Shown: positions 22,431-35,289 of the stretch, in pieces
Numbering within the stretch: position 1 is the first letter of the stretch
Layout of the letters: every line of letters begins with the position of its first letter
NCBI RefSeq assembly: GCF_964204645.1
Contig: NC_134025.1
Location: 6,882,001-6,946,000 of the forward strand
Length of the DNA stretch: 64,000 bases
From: Tubulanus polymorphus
Lineage: Eukaryota; Animalia; Nemertea
Direction: 5' to 3'
Notes under the pieces: generated by a model
Database searches by the model: none
Told to the model about the DNA's origin: nothing
What the model saw: the letters and a program-made list of their open reading frames with translations, nothing else
Made by a program: the position numbers and the translations under genes

Positions 22431-25400
22431 ATGATAACGATAGAACCAATTAATGATATCTGTAAGCGTGAAGAACTAAAATGCGAGATGACCCTCGGAT
22501 TGCAGGATTTATTGAAAAACGGACAGTATTTACCGGAGAAAGTGAGCGCGGTGCCGCGTGAAATTCTCAAAGGTTTTCCGCACAACAAGCGTGTCGGAAA
22601 CTACTTGCTCGGGAAAACTATAGGAGAAGGTTCTTTCGCCAAGGTGAAGGAAGGAATGCACACTTTGACCGGCGAAAAGGTGAGACATTCAAATGCATTC
22701 TTTAAACTTTCCATTTTCATACTCATTCATTCTTTGAAGAATTGCGGGGTTCTTGGTAGAATTGTACGGTTCTTCGGCAACATAATAAACCATTTTACAG
22801 TTGCTAGCCGCCATTTTGTTAGGGTACTTTTGCCCCGTATTGTTGGGTCATTTTTTTCTCTTTTTTAAAAACCCTCCGTGATGTGTATTGTATCATATTT
22901 CATCTGCCCATGGATGGATTTTGACAGTTTCAGCAACATTCAAACCGCATAAATCTCTAGTTTTCAGTTATGTAAAAATCATTTCTCAAATTTACAACAA
23001 TGCGACATGAGAGCAATATAAAAATCGGTGGTCAGTTTTTGCCGTGCGCATAGAAATCCAGGGTACTGAAATTTGAAGTTCGTTATTTTCAGAAATAATT
23101 TTCTAAAAAATCCAAACATTTCAAGCACTGTGCGCATAAACGCCCCCTTTCAGGTGAACTTTGAAATTTTAAGATATCTTTCCTAGTTTTTTTCCTATGG
23201 CACTTTAACTGCAGCGCGTGTATTGTCATTCCGAGATTCGGCGCTGTTTTCTTTGCGTGTATTTCAGTATATGGGTGTTATTTCTTCATTTTCACTACAC
23301 TTGTCTCTACGGAAAATGGTTTTAATTGTTTGTACGAGTATCAGGTTTAAATATCACGTCGTTTATGCAATATAATAGGTCGAAGACATTAGAGATGTTG
23401 GGGTTTAAGGGATTTTTCTGACCAGTTTTAGCAGCGAGACTGAGCGGCATTTTGATCACGCATTCGAAGTTGCGCGCGGGAAGAGAATATATGGGCCTAT
23501 ATTGAGATGGAAGAAGAAAAGAAATATATCACTCAAAATCGAGTATGATGACCATTAAAATCAGTAGTCTATCAATAAATTTACATAAAAATCTACTGAA
23601 ATTAGATGGATGGAGAAGTGGTCAAAAAGCTGGACAAATGGGGTGGGGCAAATATTCAGCTACTTTCTATGAATACTTTGTATTAAGTACACACAAGATT
23701 GATTAGATTGGGAAGAAAATATAGGAAAACTTTCTTGTTTTGGTGGTGAAATATCAAGTATCAAGTTCGAATGTCAGACGCACGTGATAAAAAGTAAAAA
23801 GTGACATCTACCATCACAAAAACGCAAGAAGTGTGTGGATTGCATTTACAACAAAAGAGTGATATTTTGGGTTTTCTTGGGTGCATGTACGTAAGCCTCT
23901 GCCTGCCGTAAAAGCGGCTACCATTACAGCCATTACGAACTAGCGCCGGTGAACGGAATACAGTATTAATGCCGTAATATTTAAACCTGATACTCGTACC
24001 AACAATTAAAACCATTTTCCGTAGAGACAAGTGTAGTGAAAATGAAGAAATAACACCCATATACTGAAATACACGCAAAGAAAACAGCGCCGAATCTCGG
24101 AATGACAATACACGCGCTGCAGTTAAAGTGCCATACGAAAAAAACTAGGCAAGATATCTTAAAATTTCAAAGTTCACCTGAAAGGGGGCGTTTATGCGCA
24201 CAGTGCTTGAAATGTTTGGATTTTTTAGAAAATTATTTCTGAAAATAACGAACTTCAAATTTCAGTACCCTGGATTTCTATGCGCACGGCAAAAACTGAC
24301 CACCGATTTTTATATTGCTCTCATGTCGCATTGTTGTAAATTTGAGAAATGATTTTTACATAACTGAAAACTAGAGATTTATGCGGTTTAAATGTTGCTG
24401 AAGTTGTCAAAATCCATCCATGGGCAGATGAAATATGATACAATACACATCACGGATAGTTTTTAAAAAAACGAAAAAAATGACCCAACAATACGGGACA
24501 AAAGTACCCTAACAAAATGGCGGCTAGCAACTGTAAAATGGTTTATTGCAGTCATGGCTTATACTTAAGACCAGTCTAAGACCAACTTAGTTATATAGCC
24601 AATCTAATAACCTAACGCAAGTCTTAAGATTTAAGACCACTTTTTGACTTAAGTCACGACTGGGCAACTGGGCCCAGGGGCCGGTTGCATAGTCATGGTT
24701 TAAGTCCAAAAGTAGTCTTAAATTAATTGACATTCGCTACAGAACGACTGGCCCCAGGACTTAAACCTATCTTAAACTTATCGTTGGATTTTGGTGTTTA
24801 CATCATGCGATAAGGCTGGTCAATTCTAATGTTTATGTATGTAGTTGTTGCCTAGTTAATTATAAAGAATTCATGGCCCCCGTTAATGGCATACTCTCTA
24901 GCATTGTACGTCCAAGTCAACATGTATTGAATTCAAGCACTATGCAGTTTGTTAAATAATGTATTTGCTAGTGTTAAATTTGGTACTTAGTACTGTGGTG
25001 ACACAGCTCTAAAGCAAATCAATCGTATATGATCGAACAATTTAGAAACCATCGCCATAGACTTAGTCCGAATATTCAATATATCCGCGTAGATACCGAT
25101 ACTGGTAAATATAACTGTAATTGAAAAAGGATCCGCCGTTTTTTGATATTTTTGCGACCAATCTCCCATGTGTAATTTTTTTACAGGGTGCATTGAGGTC
25201 GAGACACACGAGCTGAAACTGAACTAGAAACTGTATATGTCATTGCATTAATTTAATTTGTCTCATTAGAAACGTATGACGTCGATTTCACACCGTTGGG
25301 GGTATATTTTAGCATGTTAATATAAAATGGAGCCAGGTGAACGAGAACAGAATGTCTGTGAGAAAATTCGAAAAAAATCGAGACAATGATATGAGTTTTT

Positions 25401-28400
25401 CCGATATTGAAGTAACTCACAAAATCAACTAAGTTGATTTTCTTTTGTTTGAAATTGATAAATGTGAATCCAAAACCAGCCCCAGGTTCGCTTATTCAAT
25501 TCAGAATCGAAAGACGATTTCTCAAAATTTCAGGTTGCCGTAAAGGTGATCGATAAGAAGAAAGCCCGCGAGGACAGCTATGTCCGCAAAAACCTACGGC
25601 GAGAGGGCAAAATTCTTCAAATGGTACGACACGATAACGTGGCGCAGTTGTACGAAATAATGGAAACGGAGAACTGTTATTATCTTGTCGTAGAGCTGTG
25701 CGAAGGGGGTGATTTGATGGAGCATATCTGCCAGAGGAAACGCCTCGAAGAAAAAGAAGTTCTCCGTTACATGAAACAAATCATTTCGGCAGTCGATTAT
25801 CTGCATAAAGCGGGTATTCTACATCGGTACGTCAGTGATGGTGAATTCATCATAAAGAAGCGGCCTGTTAAAAGGCATGCGAAACAGAAATAAAAGCTGA
25901 AAATAGTACAAAGGAAATTGGGTAGAAGATATATATGGAAATTAACTTTACCCCGCTCACAATGCCACGGATAGAAATAAAACAGAAAATATTCATTTCG
26001 AAAATGCTTTCATAAGCATACATTTTTGGCTAAGAGTGCACCTATTTATTATGTGCATTGAAATGTAATCTGTATCCATTAATCCCATCAGAAATATATG
26101 ATGCCACTCCGATCGATATAAATTCGACGATTAAAATGGCTGCACAGGCAGCTTTCAAAGCTTTGCGATTCTTTTATTTGAAATATCATAAATCCAGGAA
26201 TTGTCAGTAGCATAAATCCCCGTTTAGCTTCAAGGTATAAATCAACATGTTTTATATGGCGGGGTGTATTGCTATGGAAACATGGCACAATACGACAAAA
26301 CAGAGGAGAAAAACATGTGAAACCCGTATACGGAATCCGTCCAGTATAGCAAGTTAGCACAAATTAGAAAAGTATTGTAACCCAATTGACACTGTCCATT
26401 TTTCCGTGGATTAAAATATCATTGTTACAACTATGCATTTTGTGTACTGCATGGCATCATTATTTGAGATAGTAACTCGGAACGGAAAAAATTATAACCA
26501 TATTAAAAATGCGACTATTTTCAATATTAGTCAATGAAAATATAGTGTAGCACGCTCGTGAAGTCTATTCCATTCTTTTACAGTGACCTAAAAGTTGAAA
26601 ACCTTCTCCTCGGTGCAGAGAATAACATTAAAATCATCGGTAAGTTGGTACTTTCTATAATGGCAGGATTTCCGAAACGCATTGAATTTGTACGTACTTA
26701 CATACGATCGAATGCCGGTCTTTGTTGTTGAACGAAATTGACCTTTTAATGATATACGGAAGATAATTATACATACATTTTAGCGGATGTTCTACATAAT
26801 ACAATCAAACAAAATATCTTTCAAATTTTGATGTATTTAATGTATTTACATGTTATAGATTTCGGATTGAGCAATAATGTTAAGGTAACGCATGCGAATG
26901 ATGGCAACTGCAAGTTCGAAGAGTTTTGTGTCACTCAGTGTGGAAGCCCAGCATATGCAGCCCCGGAATTACTGGGCAATAAGAAATATGGTCCACAGGT
27001 CGATGTTTGGAGCATGTAAGTCGTTTTGAATCACTGCTTGTTTGTGATAGTAAATTCCAGATGAATACAAATATTTGAAAACCAATACATGCAGCCAGTT
27101 CTATCCAGGATATCAGTTTTTATCCAGTGGGATTGATTGGACAGCGTGTCAATTTGTTAAGGAACTACATGTACAATGAAACGAGGTAGAGTTGAATAGA
27201 AAAATCCAATGCGATATCTGAAAGAGAGGGACCGGTGGTCACTTCTATAAAACTGGCCTCATCTGCTATCTATATATAAACCTTATACCTTACAAGGTCT
27301 AGAGAACATTTTGCTTGCGTAATTACTTATACAAACAACATCGAGAATTTTTAACCATTTTCTGTCAAACTACATCTGAAATTCATTACGTAACTATAAC
27401 CGCATTGTTAGTGTCGTTAGATTGGAATTTGACACGAATTCCGTTCGTATCGAATATCTATAAAATCTATAAAACGGAAGTTTTTCTATTTGAGTATGAC
27501 CTCTACAGGTTAGGTACGCGTAAAAGGTAATTTTACCTTAGGTAAAAATTCGCGATAAGATTGGTACGTGCAATTTTTCTGAAGACGAAGTCGTTTATCA
27601 TTAAATTATATATTCATACGTTTGCAATGGCAATATGGCAATATGAATGAAAAAACATACTATTCACGTCCGTTAATACGATGTGATAATCAAATGATAC
27701 ATTTTGCGTGATTGGATTGCCGCAATCGAGGTAGATTTATTCACGCGACACTGGTTTTCCGACAAAAAAACCTATAAGCTGTTGATGTATGCGCATATTA
27801 ATTAAGACGTGTCGAAAATAGCCTAATTTTTTTAGAAGAATACAACGCATCCTATTTTCGCTGAACTTGCGTGAGCTTCGACATTCAGAACTAAAACCAA
27901 TAGATAGCCATGTCCACGCACCAAATTCAAATAAATTGTGGCCTTCCCTTATTTCACATGTTCATATTCGCTATCTCTATTTCATATCATGTTGTTTTTT
28001 TGCTTATCTCAGAGGGGTTAATATGTATGCAATGCTGACCGGAAACCTACCATTCACTGTCCATCCGTTTAATATCAAACAGTTGCACAATAAAATGATT
28101 CACGGTGATATGAATCCTCTTCCTGAACTTGTATCAAAGGGTAAGTTCTGCATGTAGATGTAGTTAATGGATTGTTTAATGAGGTTGGAATTACACGAAG
28201 ATTTGTCACGTATGTATATGGATTGATTAGATTCATTTGCTGATGTTCGGTTTGATTACAGATTGTAAAGATTTTGTGACGAAATTACTGATACCCGAGC
28301 CCGAAAAGCGAATGACGTTGAAGCAGGCCATGCACCATCCGTGGATAACCGAAGGTATGTCTCTATCAAGCTAACTGTGAATGCCGAGTATCAAGTTGTT

Positions 28401-31111
28401 TACGACGATGAAATCTATCGGTATTTTTCTTATTGTAGGTTTGAATAAACCGATGGATGCCGCACCGTTTCCGAACAGACTACGATCGGAGCAAATTGAC
28501 CAGGATTTATTGAAACACATGTCCGGAAATATGGATTTCAAAATCAGCGAGATAATCAGATTGGTATTGAGCAATGTACCGCACTCGTCCACAGCCACCT
28601 ATCTACTGATGCATCAAAAACTACTCCGATACAAGCAAGAACAGAAATCATTGGCCGAAAACAGAGTAGCTGGTCAACTGCAAAAGGTATTTCAAAAGCA
28701 GTGGAATCTCGGTCATACGAATCTTGTGGGCAAAAGAAAAATTATATGTATAAAAACGGGTTTCGTGTATCATCTAAAGCTTGAGTCTATATCAATTTCA
28801 TAGTGGGACATGCTGGAAATCGCTGTAATAAACGGGTTTCGTCTTAAACAGAATCGTATCAATGAGGTTCAACAACTAAGAGAACCACGGGCAGATAGCT
28901 ATCTAATTGCCCTGGCATTTCCAAATCTTCGCTGAAATTTACGTATCTGTATCTGAATCAGTTTCGAGCTTGATCTAAGCGAGGGTAACACTACTGACAC
29001 TGTGGTATTACGCATTATTTAGGTTGGGCAGGTTATTGAATGTGTAAAAAGAAAGCGTGGACTTAGTTTTCATTAGTCCGATGATAAAAGGAACGGTAAA
29101 TTACAGCATTGTTATTGGTTATCATCGCGGAATGATAATATATACGTGTAGTTCCCACTGAAGCATGAAACTAACGGTCCGAATAGGATCCATAATTATG
29201 TCAATAATCTTCGGAAATCGATCAGTGAATTACTGATCTGATCGACAGATATCGATATGAATATATTTCAGCTATATGATATTCATGTATGTCTTGGTCC
29301 GAATTTCTTCAGATCGTTAAACAATTATCTATACCTACGTCACGTTAAGGGAATTGCGGAACATTCCAAAGTTTTGACTCTTATAAATCCCAATCTTTGT
29401 GGTTACACATACAGAGTTCAATTCACGTAATATTTGGGGCCGATTTCAATCTTGGTTATCTTTATATTTTGTAGGACAAGCAACAAAGTGACGAAAACAC
29501 GAACCCGGTAAATGAAATGCCTGCCATTGTTATGCTGATTTCTATAACACGTTGCGTTGAAAATCTCATTTCATTGAGAAGGCCTTTTTCAATTTTAACC
29601 TTAAATTTCCAAAAAGTTAATTTCTTTAGAGGAAGATACTCATAATATTTAGAAAAAATTCATTTGCACATTTCCCGTGTTCATACCTTTCATTTTGACA
29701 CGTCTGTTATGGTAAAAATGTGTTTCGGTTTTTCCCTTCGCCCTCCGTTTTTTCCTGAATGAAAAAACCCGCCCTCCCAAGCGATAAGAAAAGATGTATA
29801 TATCACCAAGCGATAAATAATGTAAACATATTTAAAAAAACATTTAGGTACGGAAGTATTTTATGGTAACGCAAAATATTTTTTCAGTTAACTATCGCCA
29901 GTCCGCGGTGCACGGCCGTTGTACCGAGGCGTCGAAGAATTACCCGCCGAATACCGAAAAGTAACATTAATGCCCGAACAACAAGACTGACCCATCACAT
30001 TCAGAACAACACTGTTACTCATAGTCCGGCAACAAATATGCCAAAAACGTCGGAGAATGAAAATGAACGCGAGAATTATACGAAAAACGAAGGTAAGCAA
30101 AGAAACGTACGTCAGACAATGACCATTAGTGAATTGACATAGATAGGTACATAAATATCGCAACTGAAGTAGGTACTAACCTAGCAACCACGGTAACCAT
30201 GAGAAGTAAATGATAAATGTTTAAGCGCTCCCTGGGTTCTGCCTATGAACCGGGCTCTATATGAAGCTAAATGTAACGACGTGACCGCTTTTGCGACGGT
30301 TATGTAATATTTTTTATTCGTTTTAGCAGTCGACACCACGAGCCATGATAATCAACAGGATCACTTACAAATCCCGCAAGCCGACGGATATACAGCCCCG
30401 GTAGACTCGGGAATATCAGACGCTACGAGAATAACAGAAACAATTGCAATTAAATCCGGCGATGCTACAAATAATACGGAGTCTGCTATTACTCCACTGA
30501 ACAGATCCAATACCGACGCCAGTGTTGCTCCGATAAAAAAGGAAATAATCTACCCGACTTATCAACGCCAGAAGACTATTACAGCCGTGTATTCGAATCG
30601 GGCGCCTTTTACCAAACCTGGATACCGTCCAGCTAACCGCGAACTAATCAGAACTACGACGCCTAGTGCTGGGCGTAAACTATCCGATACGCGGTCGGAA
30701 GGGTATCACTCCGGGAACTCTGGCAATTCCGGTGAAAATTGGAAGGCTTATATCAACAAAACATACATAGACGGCCCGAAACCCGAACAATTTGCACGAA
30801 CGCGAACGATGCCTTTGACTAATAACAGATCAAAGAGTCCTTCTAAAGATGACAGTTCTGCTGTATCGCGCCTTCAAATCTACCAATCTCGGAAATCTCC
30901 CACACGGTCTAACACGGTAGCAGCGCCTGGAAAAAGGACCCTGTCTCAATCGTCTCCATTCGGTAATAAACTTCTTCAAAAGCGCGAAGTTCCGACCACC
31001 AACCGAATATCGTACACCAACAACGTAAAGCAGCTGGTTGATGTTGCTTCGAAGTATCCTAATTTGAATTTACCATCTATCGGGCCACCGTTAGTTAAAA
31101 GAACAGGTTAA
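22431..31111 (+). CDS. HUNK: Hormonally up-regulated neu tumor-associated kinase (AMPK-related Ser/Thr kinase), about 10 coding exons
   Basis: VSAVPREILKGFPHNKRVGNYLLGKTIGEGSFAKV, VAVKVIDKKKAREDSYVRKNLRREG, HRDLKVENLLL, DFGLSN, TQCGSPAYAAPELL, GVNMYAMLTGNLPFTV match the HUNK kinase domain; exon 1 is 22431-22679, exon 2 starts at 25534; low-complexity tail ends at 31111. Confidence 0.93.
22784..24547. mobile_element. Foldback-type non-autonomous DNA transposon with ~575-bp inverted arms in HUNK intron 1
   Basis: 22784-23358 is the reverse complement of 23973-24547 with about a dozen substitutions counted by eye; ~610-bp unique spacer; termini AATAAACCATTTTACAG..CTGTAAAATGGTTTATT. Confidence 0.9.
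24548..24757. mobile_element. Two abutting GGGCC-ended MITE remnants
   Basis: ..caactgggcc-CAG-gggccggttgcatagtcatg..gactggccc-CAG; internal gacttaag/ttaagacc repeats; CAG flanks suggest a 3-bp CWG target duplication. A similar end (gactatggaacgggccc-ctg) lies at ~12477-12496. Confidence 0.55.
28699..28875. mobile_element. Degenerate Tc1/pogo-like MITE relic in a HUNK intron
   Basis: Begins cagtggaatctcgg, ends gaggttcaac; internal direct repeat aaacgggtttcgt twice. Confidence 0.35.
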
Positions 31112-33937
31112 ACGTCTCAGAAAATATGAAATGTATTTTTTCGTTGTGATATATTGCACTTCTCTTGGCCAATCTATTTGTATAACGACACCGTTGAGGT
31201 TGAAAAATATATTGAAGTATTCTTCTTGTGATTTATAGCTAAATCGACTGGGGGAATTAAGGATAAACATTACTTTTCCACCCGACAAATATTCGTGTCA
31301 AGTTCCACTATATTCCCCCTTTTCTGCAGTTCCACTCAATCCACAGAATTCCCCAAACTTAATTAAATAATCTATCATAACATGATGCAATTACTCGCGA
31401 TTTATTACATTTGAAATTAAAGCCCATCGCACGTCTTCCCGTTTTCACGGATCGGTGAAGAGTGCACGGCAGCTATTTTCCACATTTATAGTAGACACGC
31501 TTTGCACTGACATTCTGCCAAGGAAGTGCGATATATCTTATACTCTATCACAAACTGTAGAACAAATTTTTATGAACACCTTTTACCAGTTTGCACTATA
31601 GATAACGACTAATGTCTTTACGTAGGACATTTCATTGAATAATTAATCATTCGACACGAGAAATAGGTGATTAATGGAAGGCATGCTACCCATCGCGTGA
31701 AAAAAATATATGTATATGTATATTAAGATAGTTCGTTAACTTGATTGTGATAATCTGTTAATTTTTACAAAGCAAAGATTTTTCAGCATCTAGTTGTTAT
31801 AGAATATCTAAATGATGATATATGTTTGAATATATAATTATATATTTGTGTAAATATACGAAGTTTTATATATTGGTCTACATACATATTTTTGTACTGA
31901 TTGCAGTACGTGTGCTGTGCAATATTTCCGACTGTAGTCCCAATTCACGTGGGAAGCAATAAAAGCTGAAATTAACGATAAACGAGGAGAAGCTCTCATT
32001 AACGTCGTTATGTATTCGAAGGAGGAATTTACGCAGCACCGCGTGAAGGGCTACGCGTGAATAACGAAAATGTACCCGTGCCTTGCGTTTGTGAGAAGCA
32101 CTCGATCCATTCAGAATTTCCAAGACATATTGACATTACATCTTTTCACCACTCAGTTATGTCAGTTACATCCATCAATTCTTGTTTCACATTTTTGCCA
32201 AGATAGCGCATATCCATTACATTCTAGTCTATATACTCCGGTTATGCATCTGAAATGATATACAGTATGTATTTTCATATTTAGTAGGTATTTTTGGTGA
32301 CTCATAAAAATCAAATCTCGGAACTAAATTGAAAACATGAAAAAATAGGTTTTTTCCAATATTTGTATACATAACCATCTTAATTGAATCTGAACAACTG
32401 ACGATCTGAAAATGTTTGGTCAACGTTTTCATAAAAAGGCATCGCTTTTTCGCAAATATCTCCTTAGTTTAATCAATCTAAGACATTGTTCTCAATATTT
32501 TGATCTAATTTCCTGGTTTCTGGTCGAGAATATATGCTAATATATACATGAATACTGCGCGGTTTTTATATTCCTTCCATCATCATATCACTAAAAGCTA
32601 CAGCTCCGTCGTGAAATATATCGGCCAAGTTGTTTTACGCGCTGGAAACTCGCACGATTCAGATCGTCGTTCAGTACCAGCATCTCTATTGCTCTCCTAC
32701 TCAAGTGACTATCGGCTTTGAGCCGCGCAAAAAGCAAATATGAGCGCGGCGGTATCCAGATACATAATGATTTCGAATAGGATACGAGAATGGAGCTTTT
32801 TGTGTGTAAGTATATATTTGATATCAAATCTTGTATTCATGATTTCTGACAATCGTCGGGGGGTCATTGTAATCTTTCTTTTATAACGATTTCATTTCGG
32901 AAATTCCGTTACTCTTTTTACGGTTTTACGGTCATTTTATATAACTTAGGAATATGTCTATGTTTCTTAATTGCATAAACATTACTAACGTTTCTTGGGT
33001 AAATTATAAAAACGGTCTGTGATTTTCGAGGAGGACATAATTATGTAAAAGTTTTCCTACTGGAAATCCGACAAAAGGAAGAACTTTCTGATATGTTGTT
33101 ATATATTTCTTAGCATACACTACATATATGATACATGTAAATATCGGGAGTTGGTTGTGAAGACACATAGTTTGCAATAAATCTGGAGGTATTCATTACA
33201 TACCACTGTTGTATTTAGAAAAAACATACTATGAGTTATCCTTCGTGCAAATTTTGAGTAAAAATAACATAGTATGCGCCAGAATTCAACTATGATTATT
33301 TTAGATAAAAAATAAGGTGATAATGGAATTTTGAATAATAGTGACAGGTAGGCTTCATCCTGAAAACGATTAGATCCAGTAGAAAGATTGTCAAATTGAG
33401 TCTAAGTTATTGCGGGGATCAAGAAATATTCATCAACGTTACGTATATATTGGTGAAATATTCTTTAGGCTAGTATCCGCTTATCAAACACTGATCCACG
33501 CGATTGCGCTTTTTATATTATTTTAACATCTTGCAGAGTAATAATGATAAGCATTTGGCATTCAATTTAGTGATATGTGTTACATCCGCTTACACTAGCT
33601 TACCTTATTCCTTCCATAAAACAAATCATTTTTTCACTCGGTTTTTCATAGCAAATTTTCAGATTCTTTTTTCATGTCAATGAATATTTCAGAACGATGT
33701 TAAATACGTCGACTGACTAAAGCGTACTTCATTTATCGAGTGTTAAAGCTGGTACGGTCTAAATAAGAGGTAATCATGTTTTCATAAATCGATAACAAAC
33801 TTCGTTCATGTATCTTTTAATTCAAGGATTGTCAATTTCATATACCCACATATCATAAAAAAAACGGATTGAACTAGGCAAGAATTATCTAATAGCTGAT
33901 GCAAATTCAAACTTGTATTGATCTGTTTTTAGCTCAA

Positions 33938-34576
33938 ATGGCAGACCCGATACGACAAGTCGTTCATTGCGAAACAGTGTATGAAAGTTCGGCTGAATTG
34001 CAAAGAGCGGCTATGGTCCAGCGGGCGGAAATACGTTACCGAAAAAGAAGTACGATACTTGGAATTACCATGATAATAGCCGGGGTATCTGGAATACTGA
34101 TCGATGTTGTCCAATACACTACATTGAATAAACTAGATTGGTCAAGGTTTGCTTTATGGTTATGGATGTTCCCGACGATTTTTTGTATATTTGCCGGTAC
34201 TTTTACAATACCGACAGGTATATTCAAGAATCAAGGCATGTATATCGTGTGCACAGGATTATGTTCGTTAAGCGCCGCGGCTTCGGGGATTTCAGCTTTG
34301 GCTGTTGCTATGGAGTTTGGTGACGTCGGTAGTTACCGTGACGACAAGCAGTCGTCCCACGACTTTGAATACGAAAAAACTAAATGGGAGAGTCAGCACA
34401 AAATTCAGGTGGTCTTGCTCTCTGGTCGTTTGGTTGCCACGATTGTCGCACTTATAGCATCCTTGGCGCAAACTACATGGTCATGTAATATGTGCTGTTG
34501 CATAGCAACTGCTTCGCGGATCGTATATGAACCGATAGTTCGGGTCCAGAAACCCTCGAAATCAGATTCTGATTGA
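33938..34576 (+). CDS. Four-transmembrane MS4A/CD20-like protein, single coding exon
   Basis: Uninterrupted ORF with four hydrophobic segments (ILGITMIIAGVSGILI; LWLWMFPTIFCIFAGTF; YIVCTGLCSLSAAASGISALAV; VVLLSGRLVATIVALIASL) and Cys-rich SCNMCCC after TM4; an acceptor ttttag precedes ATG 33938. Family assignment rests on topology only. Confidence 0.65.
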   Translation: MADPIRQVVHCETVYESSAELQRAAMVQRAEIRYRKRSTILGITMIIAGVSGILIDVVQYTTLNKLDWSRFALWLWMFPTIFCIFAGTFTIPTGIFKNQGMYIVCTGLCSLSAAASGISALAVAMEFGDVGSYRDDKQSSHDFEYEKTKWESQHKIQVVLLSGRLVATIVALIASLAQTTWSCNMCCCIATASRIVYEPIVRVQKPSKSDSD

Positions 34577-35289
34577 ACATCTACAAAGCAAACAAAATAA
34601 TAAAGTATAATATGGCTAACTCATCTACGAGCAAATACTAATCTACGTCTACTCCGTTTGTGCCATATAGTATATGTATATCTGCTGCAGTCTATTTATC
34701 ATTTTAATCTCCGGGAGTTCCGACAGGACTGATCGGGAGCAGTTATTGTCACACGCAGAATTTATAGGATACGAAGAAGTGATCGAGAACGGTGCAAATA
34801 ATATACGCGTGTATCAGTCGAATTGTGATACGTAACTTCGTCACAAACTCATCGTTTTTACTCGTAAATGTTATTTCCGTTTCGCGAAAGAAAACGTCTA
34901 TGTTGTTGGCATTGGTGAAATAGTTAAGTTGCTGCTGTCAGTCTTATCGCGTTTATCTCACCTGTTAGACAATTCATCCTCGTCCGCAATTGTGAAAATC
35001 CTAGTAGAAAAAATTTGGAGAAAAAGATAACAGAAGATTTAATTGTTTTTTGTATTGTTTATTTACATAGATAATATTAATGATAATAATATCAATTTAT
35101 ATACACAGAATATACAAACAAACTTTAAAAATAAACAAAACGCTATCGTACTTAAACTTCGGCACCACAAGATCATCGATCAGTGTTGACATGAGCAAAA
35201 ACGTACATGTCAAAAAAAGGTTTCTTTCTAAATTCAAAAGTCCACAGAACACGGTGATATAGCACATTTATAATTTTGAGTGTAATTGA

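Noticed and set aside
23761-24108. 115-aa ORF in the ORF track
   Set aside because: Lies across the foldback arm and spacer; no recognisable protein.
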